Shown: positions 51,935-64,000 of the stretch, piece after piece
Position numbering within the stretch: the stretch's first letter is position 1
Layout of the letters: each line of letters starts with the position of its first letter
Assembly (NCBI GenBank): GCA_963796275.1
Contig: CAWCKY010000004.1
Location: 736,001-800,000 of the forward strand
Direction: 5' to 3'
DNA: 64,000 nt
From: an uncultured Acidobacteriota bacterium
GTDB lineage: Bacteria > Acidobacteriota > Blastocatellia > RBC074
Notes under the pieces: generated by a model
What the model was told of the DNA's origin: nothing
Databases searched by the model: none
The model's input: only the letters and a program-made list of their open reading frames with translations
Position numbers and translations under genes: made by a program

Positions 51935-53521
51935 TCAGGGATCAGTGGTGATGGTCCTATCTTCAATTATCAACCAGGCGCAGATCGCGCTGGCCAACGC
52001 CAGGCCGGAAGCGATCAGCATGACCAGGCGAAATCCGGCTACGAACGATTCGTTGACCGATCGTTTGATCCCGGCTCTCACATCGATATCGATCCCTTCC
52101 TGGATCTCCGCAGCAGCCAGCTTGATGCGTTGATCATCGAACTGTTGCCTGGCTTCGGGTGAGAGATTGATCACCACCATGTGCTGGTCGAGGGACCGGT
52201 TGAAAACGTCGAACATGACGAGGCCGAGAACTGCAATGGCCAATACTGCCGCAACTCGCGAAGCGGCATTGTTGATCCCAGAAGCGACTCCTGCCTGATC
52301 CCCGCCGACAGCATTCATCACTGTTGTCGTAAGCGGGGCAACGCTCACCGCCATCCCCAACCCGAGCACGACGACGGCCGGAAAGAATGTCGTCCAATAG
52401 CTGCCTCCGACTGATGGTAGAGCGAAGAGGGCGAGCCCCCCCGCCGCTATGATTGGCCCAATCACCAGCGGCGTCCTGGCGCCATAGCGTTCCACCAGGC
52501 CCCCCGACCAGCGCGACAATAGGAAGATCAAAAGAATAAGCGGTAAAGTGGCGGCCCCCGCCATCGTCGCCGAATAGCCCTGCACTTGAATGAGATTGAG
52601 GGGAAGGAAGAAGAGACCGCCGCTCAGCGCGCTGTAGAGAAACAGGGTCAACAGATTCGCTCCGCTGAAATTGCGCGAACGGAAGATACCGAGGGGAAGC
52701 ATGGGCGCTCGACTGTAAGACTCCAGCGCAAGAAACGCAGCCAACGCGATCATGCCCAGAAAGAGCGCGGTCATGACCACCGGATCGCGCCAGCCACGAT
52801 TCGATGATTCGATCAGCGCATAAACTACTCCGCCGAGTCCAACGGTCGCTGATACTGCCCCTGGCCAATCCAGCCTTACCGCCGCTTGCGGATTCCTGCT
52901 CTCCGGCACGTGCCAGAATGTCAGAACCAATACGATCAACGCGAGAGGCAGGTTGATGAAGAAGGCCCAGCGCCACGACGCCCGCTCTATCAACCAGCCG
53001 CCGATGACGGGACCCACGGCGGCCGTTATGGCAGTGAACCCGGACCACGTTCCGATAGCCCGGCCCCTATCCTTCTCGCTGAACGAGGCGCTGATGATCG
53101 CTAGACTTCCCGGCACAAGGAGCGCCGCGCCGATCCCCTGCACTCCCCGCGCGATAATCAATTGAAACACGTTGGGCGAAAGGCCGCACCAGACAGAAGC
53201 CGCTGCGAAAATGATCACTCCTGTCGCGTATATGCGTTTTCGACCATAAATGTCACCGAGCGACCCTCCGGCCAGCAGCAAAGCAGCCAGCAATAAAGCG
53301 TAGGCTTCAACAACCCACTGTACGTCAACGACTGTCGCATTGAGATCGGCTTGGAGCGCCGGGAGCGCTATGTTGACTACCGTGCCATTGATGAAGGCCA
53401 TGCCTGATCCGAGAATCGTCGTGGCCAATATCCACGGTCCGGCCTGTTTAGTGCAGGAAGCGACGGCCGGCGCGGAAAGAATCACCCCTTCATCGCAAGG
53501 TTGTCGGAGATAAATGCTCAT
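51935..53521 (-). CDS. MFS transporter, DHA2/EmrB-QacA type
   Basis: [36 protein letters not shown]. Confidence 0.9.
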   Translation of the reverse strand: MSIYLRQPCDEGVILSAPAVASCTKQAGPWILATTILGSGMAFINGTVVNIALPALQADLNATVVDVQWVVEAYALLLAALLLAGGSLGDIYGRKRIYATGVIIFAAASVWCGLSPNVFQLIIARGVQGIGAALLVPGSLAIISASFSEKDRGRAIGTWSGFTAITAAVGPVIGGWLIERASWRWAFFINLPLALIVLVLTFWHVPESRNPQAAVRLDWPGAVSATVGLGGVVYALIESSNRGWRDPVVMTALFLGMIALAAFLALESYSRAPMLPLGIFRSRNFSGANLLTLFLYSALSGGLFFLPLNLIQVQGYSATMAGAATLPLILLIFLLSRWSGGLVERYGARTPLVIGPIIAAGGLALFALPSVGGSYWTTFFPAVVVLGLGMAVSVAPLTTTVMNAVGGDQAGVASGINNAASRVAAVLAIAVLGLVMFDVFNRSLDQHMVVINLSPEARQQFDDQRIKLAAAEIQEGIDIDVRAGIKRSVNESFVAGFRLVMLIASGLALASAICAWLIIEDRTITTDP

Positions 53522-53620
53522 TTGAAACGTTCATCTGACGCGAAGTAGCAGAGCAACAAAGCGCCCCTCTTTCTCCTTTGCGGCTTCGTGTCTTGCATCA
53601 AATCTTACTTTATCAGCGAC

Positions 53621-56054
53621 TTATTCGTACCTCAAAGCCACCATCGGATCCACCTTCGTCGCCCGGCGCGCCGGGATCCAGCAGGCTACAAACGCGACTC
53701 CGATAAGCAAGACCGTGATCGCCGCGAAGGTGATCGGATCGGTCGCGCTCACCTCGAAGAGCAGATTCTTCATGACGCGCGTCAGGGCGAGCGCCGCGGC
53801 CACTCCCAGTGCCACTCCGATCAACGCCAGGCTCATTCCTCGCCAGACCACCATCCGCAATACATCGCTCGCTCGCGCCCCCAAAGCCATCCGAATACCA
53901 ATCTCTTGCGTGCGTTGTGTGACCGCATAGCTCATCACGCCGTAGATGCCCACCGCCGCCAGGATCAAAGCGACCAGCGCGAACAGCCCGAGCAGGAGCA
54001 TATTCAACCGCTGCTGGGCCACTCTCTCCGACAAAACATGCTCCATCGTCTGGATGCTCGGGATCGGCAGATTGCGATCGAGCGACCAGACTGCCTCGCG
54101 CACCGCATTGCTCAACGCCAGCGGATCGCCCGTTGTGCGCAGCACCACCTCCATCGAACCGGACGGCCGCTGTGCAAGAGGCATCCAGGATTCGATCCTG
54201 ACCGGCTGATCCACCCCCTGCCGTCTGGTGTCGCGCACGACTCCGACGATGGTCATCCAGCGCGCGTTGGGACCCCCACCGCCGAACGTTAAACGCTTGC
54301 CGATCGGATCTTCGTTCGGGAAGTATCGTTTGACGAACGTCTCGTTGACGATTGTCACCATCGGAGTATCGCGCGTGTCCTGTGCCGTGAAAGCGCGTCC
54401 CTTCATCAATGGAATGCCCATCGTCTGAAAATAGTTGGGGTGCACGCGGTCGAATGGCAACTCGAGCGCCAGCTCGCTCGGGTCTCGCGGTCTGTTCTCG
54501 ATGGTGAAACCGGCCGAAGTAGCCAGCTTTCGCAGCATGATGTCGCTCGCGGCGCTGGCGCTCACGACACCTGGCAGCGCGGACAGACGCTCTTGCAGCC
54601 GTTCGTAGAACGAGGCGGCTTGCCCGCGTTCGCGATATTGCGACCCCCACAATGTGACCCGCAGCGTCAGCAGATGGTCAGACTTGAATCCGAGATCGAC
54701 CTGTTGCAACCGCCAGAAGCTGCGAACAAGTAGTCCAGCGCCGACGAGCAACGCCAGCGTCAACGCCACCTCGGCAACGATGAAGACTCCCCGAATCCGT
54801 TGCGCGCGCCGGCCGCCGCCGCCCCCGACTCCCGTGCGCCCACCTTCTTTGAGCGTATCGCTGAGTTTCACAAACGTCGTTTGCAGCGCGGGCACCAATC
54901 CGAAGATCAGTCCCGTAAGCAGCGATAGCCCAAGAGTGAACCAGAGCACGCGGTTATCGAGGCGAATATTTTCGAGCCGCGGAATGTTGCCCGGGCTGAG
55001 TTCGACCAGCAGCCGCAAGCTCCACCAGGCGAGCAACACACCCAGTGCTCCGCCCAGGATCGCGATGAGCATACTCTCAGTCAACAGTTGGCGAACGATG
55101 CGCCAGCGCCCCGCGCCCAGAGCCGCCCGGACGGCCACTTCGCGTTGCCTGACGGCGGCTCGCGCCAGCAGCAGATTGGCAACGTTTGCGCACGCGATCA
55201 GCAGCACGAACACGACCGCTACGAGGAGTATCATCAGGGCCCTGCGTATGGGACCGACGGTATTTTCGAGCACCGGAACGACGTTAACCCCATAACCCGC
55301 CATGTCCCGGAAACTGCTTCTCGATCTGACCCGCAACCAGATCCAGATCAGCCTGCGCCTGCGCGCGCGTCACTCCAGGTTTGAGACGACCGACTACCGG
55401 GAGAAAAAACCCGAAACGCGCATTATCCGACTTCATCCCCTCGTCTGGGGCCAGCGGCCCCCAAATCTCGGTCTTCTCGGGAAACTGGAATCCGGGTGGC
55501 ATTATTCCCACTACGAGATATGGCTGCTCGCTGAGCGTGATCGTCTTATTCAAAATTCCGGGCTCGCCGCCGAAGCGCCGCTGCCAGAGGCTGTAGCTCA
55601 AAACGACCACTCTATCCCTCCCAGGCGTCTCTTCCTCGACGGTGAAACCTCGCCCGAGCATTGGGTTCACGCCTATCAACTGGAAGAAATTGATCGATAC
55701 GGTGGCGGCGCGAATCTCTTCGGGCTCGGCGCCGGTTCCCGTGAGGTTATAGGCATCGGACGTCATCCCGGCCATCCCCTGGAAAGTTTTGTTCCGGTCG
55801 CGCCAATCGACGAAATTCGGATAAGAGGTGATATCGTCAGGGATTCCCTGGCGCTTGTTGTCGCACCAGACCATCGCCAGTTGTTCGGGATTCGGATAAG
55901 GCAACGAGCTCAGGATAACGCCATTGATGACGCTGAAGATGGCTGTGTTCGCGCCGATACCGAGCGCCAGCGTGAGGACGGCGATCAAAGCGAAGCCGGG
56001 ATTCTTCAGTAACATGCGGGCGCCGTAGCGCAGGTCTTGCAAGAGTGTTCGCAT
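53621..56054 (-). CDS. ADOP-family ABC permease with one frameshift near 55307
   Basis: ORFs 55284..56054 and 53621..55336 join as KQFPDMAGYG on removing one G from CCGGG. Confidence 0.85.
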
Positions 56055-56075
56055 AATTTCTCCTCAAAAGAAGTA

Positions 56076-56143
56076 TTTGAGATTTGAGATGTTCGATTCG
56101 CATGGATAAGCCAAATGCGCATCGAACATCTTAATTTTCAAAT
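56076..56143. repeat. Hairpin with ATTTGAG heptamers beside the RBS
   Basis: ATTTGAGATTTGAGATGTTCGAT...ATCGAACATCTTAATTTTCAAAT. Confidence 0.6.
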
Positions 56144-56197
56144 CGAACCCCCTCCTCCAATCCTGCCCTATTTTTTTCCGTCAACCGTATTACTTCT

Positions 56198-57788
56198 TCA
56201 TTCCCCTTTTCCGGAAAATTTTTCCGGCGGCCGACGATGCCTGGTCGCCCGCTCATAGGCATAAACGAACTTGATCAAATCCGGTTCGCCGAACTGTTTT
56301 CCCAGGAAAGTCAAACCCGCCGGCAATGAGTCATAGCTGAACCCCATCGGCACAGTGATCGCCGGGAATCCGGTCTGTGGCGAGAGCATCTGGCTATTGT
56401 CACCACCAGGGGCTCTGCAGGTCGCCCACTTTTCGCGGCGCATTGCTCCAGGTCGGATAGATGACCGCATCCAGCTTCTCCCTCTCCATCTCCTTAAGGA
56501 GAGCATCTCTAAAAGCGATGCTCCGCGGGTCGTGATACACGTCACGGCAGGGCGACTCCTGCGGCGTGGTCTGGACTGTCTCCTTCAGCCGTCTCTCGAT
56601 GTAAGGGGAATAGAGTCCCGACTCGACTATCGAGGTCAGGCTTCTGTACTTCGCATTCTCGCCCAATGAAGCCAGATAGTTGTTCACGTCGTAGTGAAAA
56701 GAGTTGCACCAGATATTCTTCGTCAACTGGTCGTAATTTGGCAGATCAAACGGGTCTACGATGATGGCTCCCTGCGCTTTCAGGTCTTCGATCGCTTTCG
56801 CCACCAGCTCTTTGATTTGGGGATCGGTTGTCTGAGCGTCGACGTATCTCCTGAATACACCAAGACGCGCTCCCTTCAGGCCGTTCGTCTTCAAGAACTG
56901 CAGATAGCTCTTCGGCATCCTGCCCTGGGAAACTTTGGTGATCGGGTCCGCCGGGTCATAGCCCGCGATGGCTTCCAGCACCCGCACTGCGTCCTCGACG
57001 GTGCGCGCCATCGGGCCGCCTATGTCGTTGCGCAAATAGAGAGGAACGATGCCGTCGCGGCTAGTGAGCCCCATCGTCGAGCGAATGCCGACCAGCGCGC
57101 AGTGAGATGACGGGCCTCTGATCGAATTCCCGGTATCCGTCCCCAACCCAACCACGCCGAGGTTGGCCGCCACCGCCGCCGCCGTGCCGCCGCTCGAGCC
57201 CGCGGGGACGCGCTCCAGATCGTAGGGATTGCGCGTCACGCCGGCGATCGAGCTCTCCGTCAGGAATGGACTGAAGGCCCATTCGGCCATATTCGATTTG
57301 GCCAGCACGATGGCCCCCGCTTCGCGTATCCGCCGCACCTGATATGCGTCATCGCCGGGAATAGAGCCCTTGAGCGCAAGCGAGCCCGCGGTCGTCTGGA
57401 GCCCCTTCGTATCGTAGTTGTCCTTGACGATCATCGGAATCCCGTGCAGCGGGCGCAGCTTCCTCGTTCGTTTAAATTCCTGGTCGAGTTTGTCCGCCTC
57501 CGCGAGCGCTTGCGGATTGACGATCACTATGGCGTTTAGTTTAGTGGATTGATCATAGGCTTCGATTCGCTTGAGATAGAATTCTACCAGTTGGCGGCTG
57601 GTGATCTTGCCGGATCTCATCGCCTGGTGGATTTCGGCGATCGTCGCTTCATACGGCTCGAATTTCATCTGATTCGGTTCGGACATAGGAAAAATCGGAA
57701 CCAGCAATGCAATCAAAGCTAACAATGATGACAATGATGCGATTAAGATCGAAGAAGCCGGCGATCTTCCAGATCGGGTTTTGTCCAC
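56198..57788 (-). CDS. Amidase-signature family protein (exported) with frameshift near 56410
   Basis: [26 protein letters not shown]; C-terminus continues GGDNSQ...PAITVPMG on removing one C from a C4 run; probable GTG start. Confidence 0.85.
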
Positions 57789-58039
57789 TGAGATACATCC
57801 TTTCACAGCAAATTTCTGGTCACAGCAATTTTCCGGGTTCTGAGGCTGCTGAAACGTATATCCTGTCCCCCTGAAACCGTGTAATTTTCCCAATCCGCTT
57901 TCTAAGCTATTTGAGTGGAATATAACATCAGAGCATGCGATTTTGGGATAGCGAAATCGTCGCGGACTCCCCCGATTTCCCGGTTGCGATGGAAATATCG
58001 TCGTTCCCAGACAACTACGCAGGAAAAAGAAGGAATGAA

Positions 58040-59797
58040 ATGAAAATCAACGCAATAGATCATATCCAACTGGCGATGCCGCCAAACCAGGAACAAAAAG
58101 CGAGAGACTTCTACGCAGATTTGCTTGGGTTAGCTGAGAAACCCAAACCGGATAACCTGGCCAAGCGCGGGGGTGTGTGGTTCGAACAAGGATCATTGAA
58201 AATCCATCTGGGGGTGGAGCAGGATTTCAAACCATCCACGAAGGCACATCCCGGATTACTGGTCGAGGGCCTGAACGAGCTGGTCGAGAAATGCGAGAGA
58301 GCAGGATATAGCGTGGTCAGTATTGGCCAGCTGGATGGGTACCATCGCTCGTTTGTGACAGATCCATTCGGCAATCGAATTGAATTGATGGAGCCGATCA
58401 TCATCGAAAAACATGAACAATCCCAGGCAATGGAATCCTCCTGGTCGCAATTGCTGAAATCGGCCGCCGAACGCGCCATCCGTTATCGCGAAAGCCTCTA
58501 TGAGCGTCGCGTCGCGCCATTACCGGAGACTCTGACCAGAGTTTCAGAACTCGGCGGCCCCCTTCCCGAACGACCGACGGATGCGGAATCGATTCTGGCA
58601 ATGCTCGACGAGATTGGCTCGCCGGCTACGGTCACGATGGCGGGCGGGCGTTATTTCGGTTTCGTCAACGGCAGCTCATTACCTGCGACCCTCGCGGCCA
58701 ACTGGCTGGCGGGGGCTTGGGATCAGAATGCCGGATTGAGCATACAATCCCCGATCGCCATCGCACTCGAAGAGATCGCTCTCGGTTGGCTGCTGGACGT
58801 GCTCGACCTGCCTGCGGAATGCGGCGGAGCATTTGTGACCGGAGCGACGATGGCCAATTTCACCTGCCTGGCTGCGGCGCGCAATTTCGTCTTGAAGAAT
58901 GCGGGATGGGATGTCGAAGCGCGCGGTTTATTCGGCGCTCCGGCGATCAATGTGGTCGTCGGCGAGGAAGTTCACCCAACCCTGCTCAAGGCGCTCGGTC
59001 TTTTGGGGTTGGGGCGCGAGCGCGTTTTGACCGTTCCGGCGGATGGGCAGGGGCGAATGCGCGCCGACGCATTTCCCAAACTGGCGAAGCCTGCGATCGT
59101 CTGCATTCAGGCGGGAAATGTGAACACGGGGGCCTTCGATCCCGCACCGGAGATATGCCCACTGGCTCGCCGGGCAGGAGCGTGGGTTCACGTCGACGGC
59201 GCATTCGGTTTGTGGGCGGCGGCGAGTCCAGAGCGAGCCGCACTCGTCAAAGGATTCGCTGATGCCGATTCGTGGGCGACGGACGCGCACAAATGGCTCA
59301 ATGCGCCGTACGACAGTGGGCTGGCTTTCGTCCGCTATCCCGAAGCTTTAAGCAATGCGATGTCACTCAGCGCAGCCTATCTTCCGACGGGTAATTCGCG
59401 GGAACCGATGCATTACAACCCCGAGGCATCACGCCGGGCGCGCGGAGTGGAGGTGTGGGCCGCGCTCCGATCGCTGGGACGCGCGGGATTGGCCGAGTTG
59501 ATCGAGCGGACCTGCCGCCACGCCAAGCGCTTCGCCGAAGGTTTTCGGGAAGCAGAGTATGTCGTGCTCAATGAAGTGGTCGTCAATCAAGTGCTGGTCT
59601 ATTTCGGCGATGAAGAGACCACGCGCAGGGTGATCTCCGGGATTCAGGAAGACGGAACGTGCTGGTGCGGCGGAACTGTCTGGCAAGGCAACCCGGCGAT
59701 GCGCATCAGCGTCTCTTCCTGGGCGACGACGGAGGAGGATGTGGAGAGGAGTCTGGCGGCGATGCTGCGCATTGCGGCCCGAGAGACCGGTCGCTAG
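58040..59797 (+). CDS. VOC/glyoxalase domain fused to a group II PLP-dependent decarboxylase
   Basis: [22 protein letters not shown]; then YFGFV, GATMANF, HVDGAFG, DAHKWLN (PLP lysine); one open frame. Confidence 0.85.
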   Translation: MKINAIDHIQLAMPPNQEQKARDFYADLLGLAEKPKPDNLAKRGGVWFEQGSLKIHLGVEQDFKPSTKAHPGLLVEGLNELVEKCERAGYSVVSIGQLDGYHRSFVTDPFGNRIELMEPIIIEKHEQSQAMESSWSQLLKSAAERAIRYRESLYERRVAPLPETLTRVSELGGPLPERPTDAESILAMLDEIGSPATVTMAGGRYFGFVNGSSLPATLAANWLAGAWDQNAGLSIQSPIAIALEEIALGWLLDVLDLPAECGGAFVTGATMANFTCLAAARNFVLKNAGWDVEARGLFGAPAINVVVGEEVHPTLLKALGLLGLGRERVLTVPADGQGRMRADAFPKLAKPAIVCIQAGNVNTGAFDPAPEICPLARRAGAWVHVDGAFGLWAAASPERAALVKGFADADSWATDAHKWLNAPYDSGLAFVRYPEALSNAMSLSAAYLPTGNSREPMHYNPEASRRARGVEVWAALRSLGRAGLAELIERTCRHAKRFAEGFREAEYVVLNEVVVNQVLVYFGDEETTRRVISGIQEDGTCWCGGTVWQGNPAMRISVSSWATTEEDVERSLAAMLRIAARETGR

Positions 59798-60078
59798 GCG
59801 CTTACGCGGGCGTGCTTAGCCATATCTTGGTCTTTGAGAATTACTCGTACTAACGGATTTTGTGATGGCAGCATGTAACGTTGATGTAGCGTTTGCTAAA
59901 TCATTGAAATACACAATCGCTTGTCGATGAGATACAAGTAGAGCCGCAGCTGGGCACAGCGGTGAGCCTTTATTTTCAGTTTACCCGTACCAACCATAAA
60001 ACCCGTTAGTATCAGGAGAATTAATTATTTAATTACACCCATTACATCAAAGCTTTTTATTACCCAGATTTTCAGGAT

Positions 60079-60139
60079 GCCCCGACAGGGGTGAAACCGG
60101 GTTGAAACCCACGGCTATTATTTTTACCCCTAAACGGGC
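60079..60139. repeat. Degenerate REP-like element
   Basis: GCCCCGACAGGGGT...GGGTTGAAACCCACGGCTA...ACCCCTAAACGGGC. Confidence 0.5.
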
Positions 60140-60219
60140 ATTGATATCGTGATCTCTAATAGCGTGGAATTTGATTTATGACAAATCCCTCGGGATTATC
60201 AGCGCAACTCATCATTTCA

Positions 60220-60981
60220 TCACTCATGCCGCAGAGCGACCAATGGATCTACCGTCGTCGCCCGCCGCGCCGGCAGATAGCAGGCGAGCGCTGCCACGAC
60301 CGTCAATAACGACGCGATCGCCGCGAATATCACAGGATCCGTCGCGTTCACCTCAAACAGCATACTCGCCACCAGCCGCGTTAAGGCGAACGACATCGCC
60401 AGCCCGAACGCTACGCCAATCGCTACCAGTTTCATTCCCTGCCCGATTACCAGTTTCAACACATCGGCGGTCTGCGAGCCGAGCGCGAGGCGGATGCCGA
60501 TCTCACGAATGCGTTGGGTGACCACATAGGACATGACGCTGTAGATGCCGACGACTGCGAGCAGCAGGGCGATCCCTCCGAAGATGGCGAGCAGCACCGC
60601 CACCATTCGATCGTTAGCTAGCGCTGCCTCTTACACACCTCTCAGCCGTTCGGCTTCGTCGCCGCCGGTCAAGATAAGCATTCTCTCCGCATAAGCCGCG
60701 AGCCCGGAGAAAGCCTCTGCCTGATCTCGGAAGTCTACATAATCGAGGTAAGACGATGTGCCGTATGGCCCGCTGCTATAGTCGCTCGTGTAGACGGCGA
60801 CCAGTCGTTTCGGTTCCCTGACGCCTGGGATCGGACGCAGCACGAGCCCATTGATAAAGCTGAAGATCGTGGTGTTCGCCCCAATGCCCAATGCGAGGGT
60901 GATCACTGCAATCAACGTGAAGCCTGGATTCCTCACCAACATTCGCGCGCCGTAGCGCAGGTCTTGCCACATGGTCTGCAT
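60220..60981 (-). pseudogene. ADOP permease with a large in-frame internal deletion and a stop at the junction
   Basis: [15 protein letters not shown]...[20 protein letters not shown]...[10 protein letters not shown]. Confidence 0.85.
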
Positions 60982-61036
60982 AAGCTCTCCCGGGGTTATT
61001 CTGCAAGTTGTTTGCCCAGATATCTGACTCCCCAAT

Positions 61037-61162
61037 CCAATCACCGTGCCACACGACCAGAACTGGTCAAATATAAGAAGGCTCAACTTAAAGAAGTTCG
61101 CTCGGGCGAGGCTGTGATACAAGATGTCCGGTTTTGGGAACTCTCGATCCCAGTACCGGATA
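61037..61162 (-). promoter_or_regulatory. sigma54-type promoter (TGGCACGGTGATTGG at 61037-61051) plus enhancer from 61125
   Basis: 56 bp upstream of the ADOP start; TGTCCGGTTTTGGGAA...TCCCAGTACCGGATA begins 74 bp from the -24 box. Confidence 0.7.
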
Positions 61163-61209
61163 AACATCAACCACGAAAAGCATAAATCTTTGTGCCTTTT
61201 GTGGTTGAG

Positions 61210-61238
61210 TTGACGCTCAAAGTAGCCAAGAGTATGCT
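61210..61238 (+). promoter_or_regulatory. sigma70-like promoter of the cox operon, TTGACG-N17-TATGCT
   Basis: Near-consensus boxes with 17-bp spacer, about 125 bp before coxM. Confidence 0.55.
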
Positions 61239-61364
61239 AAGTTTGGTTGTCTACCTCTGGTACTTTTGTCTGTTCATTCTCCGTTTCTTCGGCTTTTAGC
61301 GCTAGCGAATAGAACAATGAAATAACAATGGGATAAAAATGAAATAACTGTTTCTTATAAAATT

Positions 61365-62240
61365 ATGATACCTCGCAGCTTTGAATATTCCGCACCCGGC
61401 ACGCTGGATGAAGCTGTCTCTCTCCTACAAAAATTGGGACCCGAGGCCAAGATACTATCGGGCGGCCAAAGCCTTATACCAATGATGAAGTTGAGGCTCG
61501 CTTCTCCATCCTACATCATCGACATCAACCGCATACCCGGACTCGATTACATCTCTGAAAATGGCGCCAGTGTTCTGATCGGCGCGTTGGCGAGGGAGAG
61601 CGATCTCGAGATCTCGCCCATAGTGAAATCGCGCTGTCCGATTCTCATCGACACATCCTTGGTGATCGCCGATCCGCTCGTGCGAAACCAGGCCACCATT
61701 TGTGGAAATCTGGCTCACGGCGACCCGGCTAACGACCATCCGGCCACGATGCTCGCTCTCGGAGCGGGGATCATCGTCGTTGGGCCACGCGGCGAGCGGG
61801 AGATACCGATCGAAAGCTTCTTCACCGGCCTCTTCTCCACCGATCTTCAACCGGAAGAGATACTCAGGGAGATCAGGATCCCGATTCCGCCGCCGATGAG
61901 CGGCGGGGTGTATCTGAAGCTCGAGAGAAAAGTCGGCGACTACGCCACAGCGGGGGTCGCCGTTCAGCTCACATTGGACGCCTCCGGCGCTTGCCGGAGG
62001 GCGGGAATCGGATTGACGAACGTCGGGTTCTCTCCTTTGAAAGCGAGCCAAACCGAAGTTTTTCTTGCCGGCAAATCGCTAGACCAATCCACGATCAAAC
62101 AGGCGGCTGAGCTGGCGGCGTCGGAATCACAACCGATCGACGACATCAGGGGGTCGGCGGAATACAAACGGGATGTCGTGCGAGTTCTCACAGCCAGGGC
62201 GCTCAACCGCGCATACGAGCGCGCAAAGAAAGGGGCATAA
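61365..62240 (+). CDS. coxM: Aerobic CO dehydrogenase medium (FAD) subunit
   Basis: LSGGQSLIPMMKLR, IADPLVRNQATICGNL, GSAEYK; adjacent to coxS and coxL. Confidence 0.9.
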   Translation: MIPRSFEYSAPGTLDEAVSLLQKLGPEAKILSGGQSLIPMMKLRLASPSYIIDINRIPGLDYISENGASVLIGALARESDLEISPIVKSRCPILIDTSLVIADPLVRNQATICGNLAHGDPANDHPATMLALGAGIIVVGPRGEREIPIESFFTGLFSTDLQPEEILREIRIPIPPPMSGGVYLKLERKVGDYATAGVAVQLTLDASGACRRAGIGLTNVGFSPLKASQTEVFLAGKSLDQSTIKQAAELAASESQPIDDIRGSAEYKRDVVRVLTARALNRAYERAKKGA

Positions 62241-62243
62241 GAA

Positions 62244-62732
62244 ATGGCGAAGATCGGCATAAGCGTAAAAGTCAACGGAGTCGAGCACAAGGCGGAAATC
62301 GAGCCCAGGTTGCTCCTGGTCCATTTCATTCGTGAAAACCTGCGGCTCACCGGCACACACATCGGCTGCGATACGAGCCACTGCGGAGCCTGCACCGTCG
62401 TCATGGACGGCAGGGCAATCAAGTCCTGCACCGCATTCGCAGTCCAGGCAGACGGGCGCGAGATACTTACGGTCGAAGGTCTGGAACAGGACGGCAAGCT
62501 GCATCCCCTGCAGGAGGGATTCTTTCAAGAACACGGGCTGCAATGCGGCTATTGCACTCCCGGCATGCTGATGACGGGATATGCATTCCTCAAGAGCAAT
62601 CTCAACCCGAGCGAGGGTGAGATTCGCCAGGCTATTTCGGGCAACCTGTGCCGCTGCACCGGGTACGTCAATATCGTAAAGGCATATCAATACGCTTCCG
62701 CAGAAGATACGCGAAGAGAGGGCGTGAAATGA
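62244..62732 (+). CDS. coxS: Aerobic CO dehydrogenase small (2Fe-2S) subunit
   Basis: [29 protein letters not shown]. Confidence 0.95.
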   Translation: MAKIGISVKVNGVEHKAEIEPRLLLVHFIRENLRLTGTHIGCDTSHCGACTVVMDGRAIKSCTAFAVQADGREILTVEGLEQDGKLHPLQEGFFQEHGLQCGYCTPGMLMTGYAFLKSNLNPSEGEIRQAISGNLCRCTGYVNIVKAYQYASAEDTRREGVK

Positions 62733-64000
62733 CGCCAAAAACACCAGCAGAAATCGGCGGCATGGGCCATTCGGTCAAGAGAAAGGAAGACCCGCGCTTC
62801 ATTCGCGGCAAAGGGAACTATGTCGACGACATAGTTCTGCCCGATATGCTCTATCTGGACATAGTCCGCAGCCCCTATGCTCACGCCACAATCAAAAACA
62901 TCGACACATCGAAAGCGCTCGCCATCCCCGGCGTGCTCGCGGTCATCACGGGCAAGGACCTCGACAAGTACAATCTCCACTGGATGCCGACGCTGATGTC
63001 GGACACGCAGATGGTGCTTCCCGTAGAGAAGGTGATGTACCAGGCGCAGGAAGTCGCGGCGGTTCTGGCGACGGATCGTTACATCGCCGCCGACGGAGTC
63101 GATGCCGTCGAAGTCGACTACGATCCCTTCCGGTGGTGGTCGATCCCAAGAAAGCGCTGCTCGCAGACGCGCCGGTCCTTCGAACCGATAAGCCGGACAA
63201 AAAAGACAATCACATCTGGCATTGGGAATGGGGTGATCGCGACAGCGACCGATCAGGCCTTCCGTGAAGCTGAGGTCACGGTCAAGGAAGAAATCTACAT
63301 CCCGAGGATTCACGTTTCATCGATAGAGACCTGCGGCTGCATCGCCTATTTCGACAAGGTCAAAGGGAAGCTGACCGTCTGGATGACTACGCAGGCGCCG
63401 CACGCCATCCGGACCGTCTTCGCCCTCGTCGCGGGTCACGTCGGATTGGCCGAGCACAAGATTCAGATCATCGCTCCCGACATCGGCGGCGGATTCGGGG
63501 GCAAGGTTCCGGTCTATCCCGGATACGTGATCGCCGTCGCCGCATCGGTGCTGACGGGTAAGCCGGTGAAATGGATTGAAGACCGGATGGAGAATATTCA
63601 GGCAGACTCGTTCGCGCGCGATTATCATATGAGCGCAGAGCTGGCCGGCAAAAAAGACGGGAAGCTGACTGCTCTCCGCATCAAGACGATCGCCGATCAC
63701 GGTTATACCGACGCCGCGGCGAACCCTTCGAAGTTTCCCGCGGGTCTATTTCACATCTGCACAGGGTCATACGATCTCAAGGCCGCGCACGTCGAGGTCG
63801 ATGGCGTCTACACCAACAAGCCGCCGGGAGGGATCGCATATCGCTGTTCGTTTCGGGTGACCGAGGCGGTGCACGCGATCGAGCGCATGGCCGACCTCAT
63901 GGCCCACGAGATCGGGATGGACGCGGCGGAGTTCCGCATGAAGAACTTCATCAAGCCGGAGCAGTTCCCGTACAAATCCGCGCTCGGCTGGGAGTACGAC
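62729..64000 (+). CDS. coxL: Aerobic CO dehydrogenase large subunit, form I (runs off the window)
   Basis: [32 protein letters not shown] at 63836-63856; ATGA overlap with coxS; compensating frameshifts at about 63127 and 63242. Confidence 0.92.
   Translation, partial: MTPKTPAEIGGMGHSVKRKEDPRFIRGKGNYVDDIVLPDMLYLDIVRSPYAHATIKNIDTSKALAIPGVLAVITGKDLDKYNLHWMPTLMSDTQMVLPVEKVMYQAQEVAAVLATDRYIAADGVDAVEVDYDPFRWWSIPRKRCSQTRRSFEPISRTKKTITSGIGNGVIATATDQAFREAEVTVKEEIYIPRIHVSSIETCGCIAYFDKVKGKLTVWMTTQAPHAIRTVFALVAGHVGLAEHKIQIIAPDIGGGFGGKVPVYPGYVIAVAASVLTGKPVKWIEDRMENIQADSFARDYHMSAELAGKKDGKLTALRIKTIADHGYTDAAANPSKFPAGLFHICTGSYDLKAAHVEVDGVYTNKPPGGIAYRCSFRVTEAVHAIERMADLMAHEIGMDAAEFRMKNFIKPEQFPYKSALGWEYD

Noticed and set aside
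55284-55336. Programmed frameshifting or phase variation in ADOP and amidase genes
   Set aside because: Indels fall in short G/C runs with no slippery heptamer or long tract; sequencing error is simpler

Overview
A GC-rich bacterial region whose gene families point to Acidobacteriota (Blastocatellia-like); the taxonomy is inferred. It carries eight full-length MacB/FtsX-type 'duplicated orphan' ABC permeases (ADOP) and two internally deleted relics, with no ATPase in the window. Other genes include carboxypeptidase-regulatory-like beta-sandwich proteins, a GH81 beta-1,3-glucanase with a divergent membrane-anchored regulator, acetamidase/amidase genes, two unusual enzyme fusions, an AT-richer orphan with a divergent OmpA-like tail, and the start of a form I CO dehydrogenase operon (coxMSL). 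A degenerate group II intron fragment sits inside a REP element, and several REP and hairpin families occur between genes. The two most notable observations are: (1) a three-gene operon of a non-canonical acyl-CoA dehydrogenase, a signal-peptide-less PhnD-fold protein and a TusA-like/ferritin-like di-iron fusion; (2) four copies of a sigma54-type promoter with a variant TTGG -12 box and a paired enhancer at fixed 73-75 bp spacing, three of them facing ADOP genes. Several single-base frameshifts look like long-read indel errors. No rRNA, tRNA or CRISPR array was seen.
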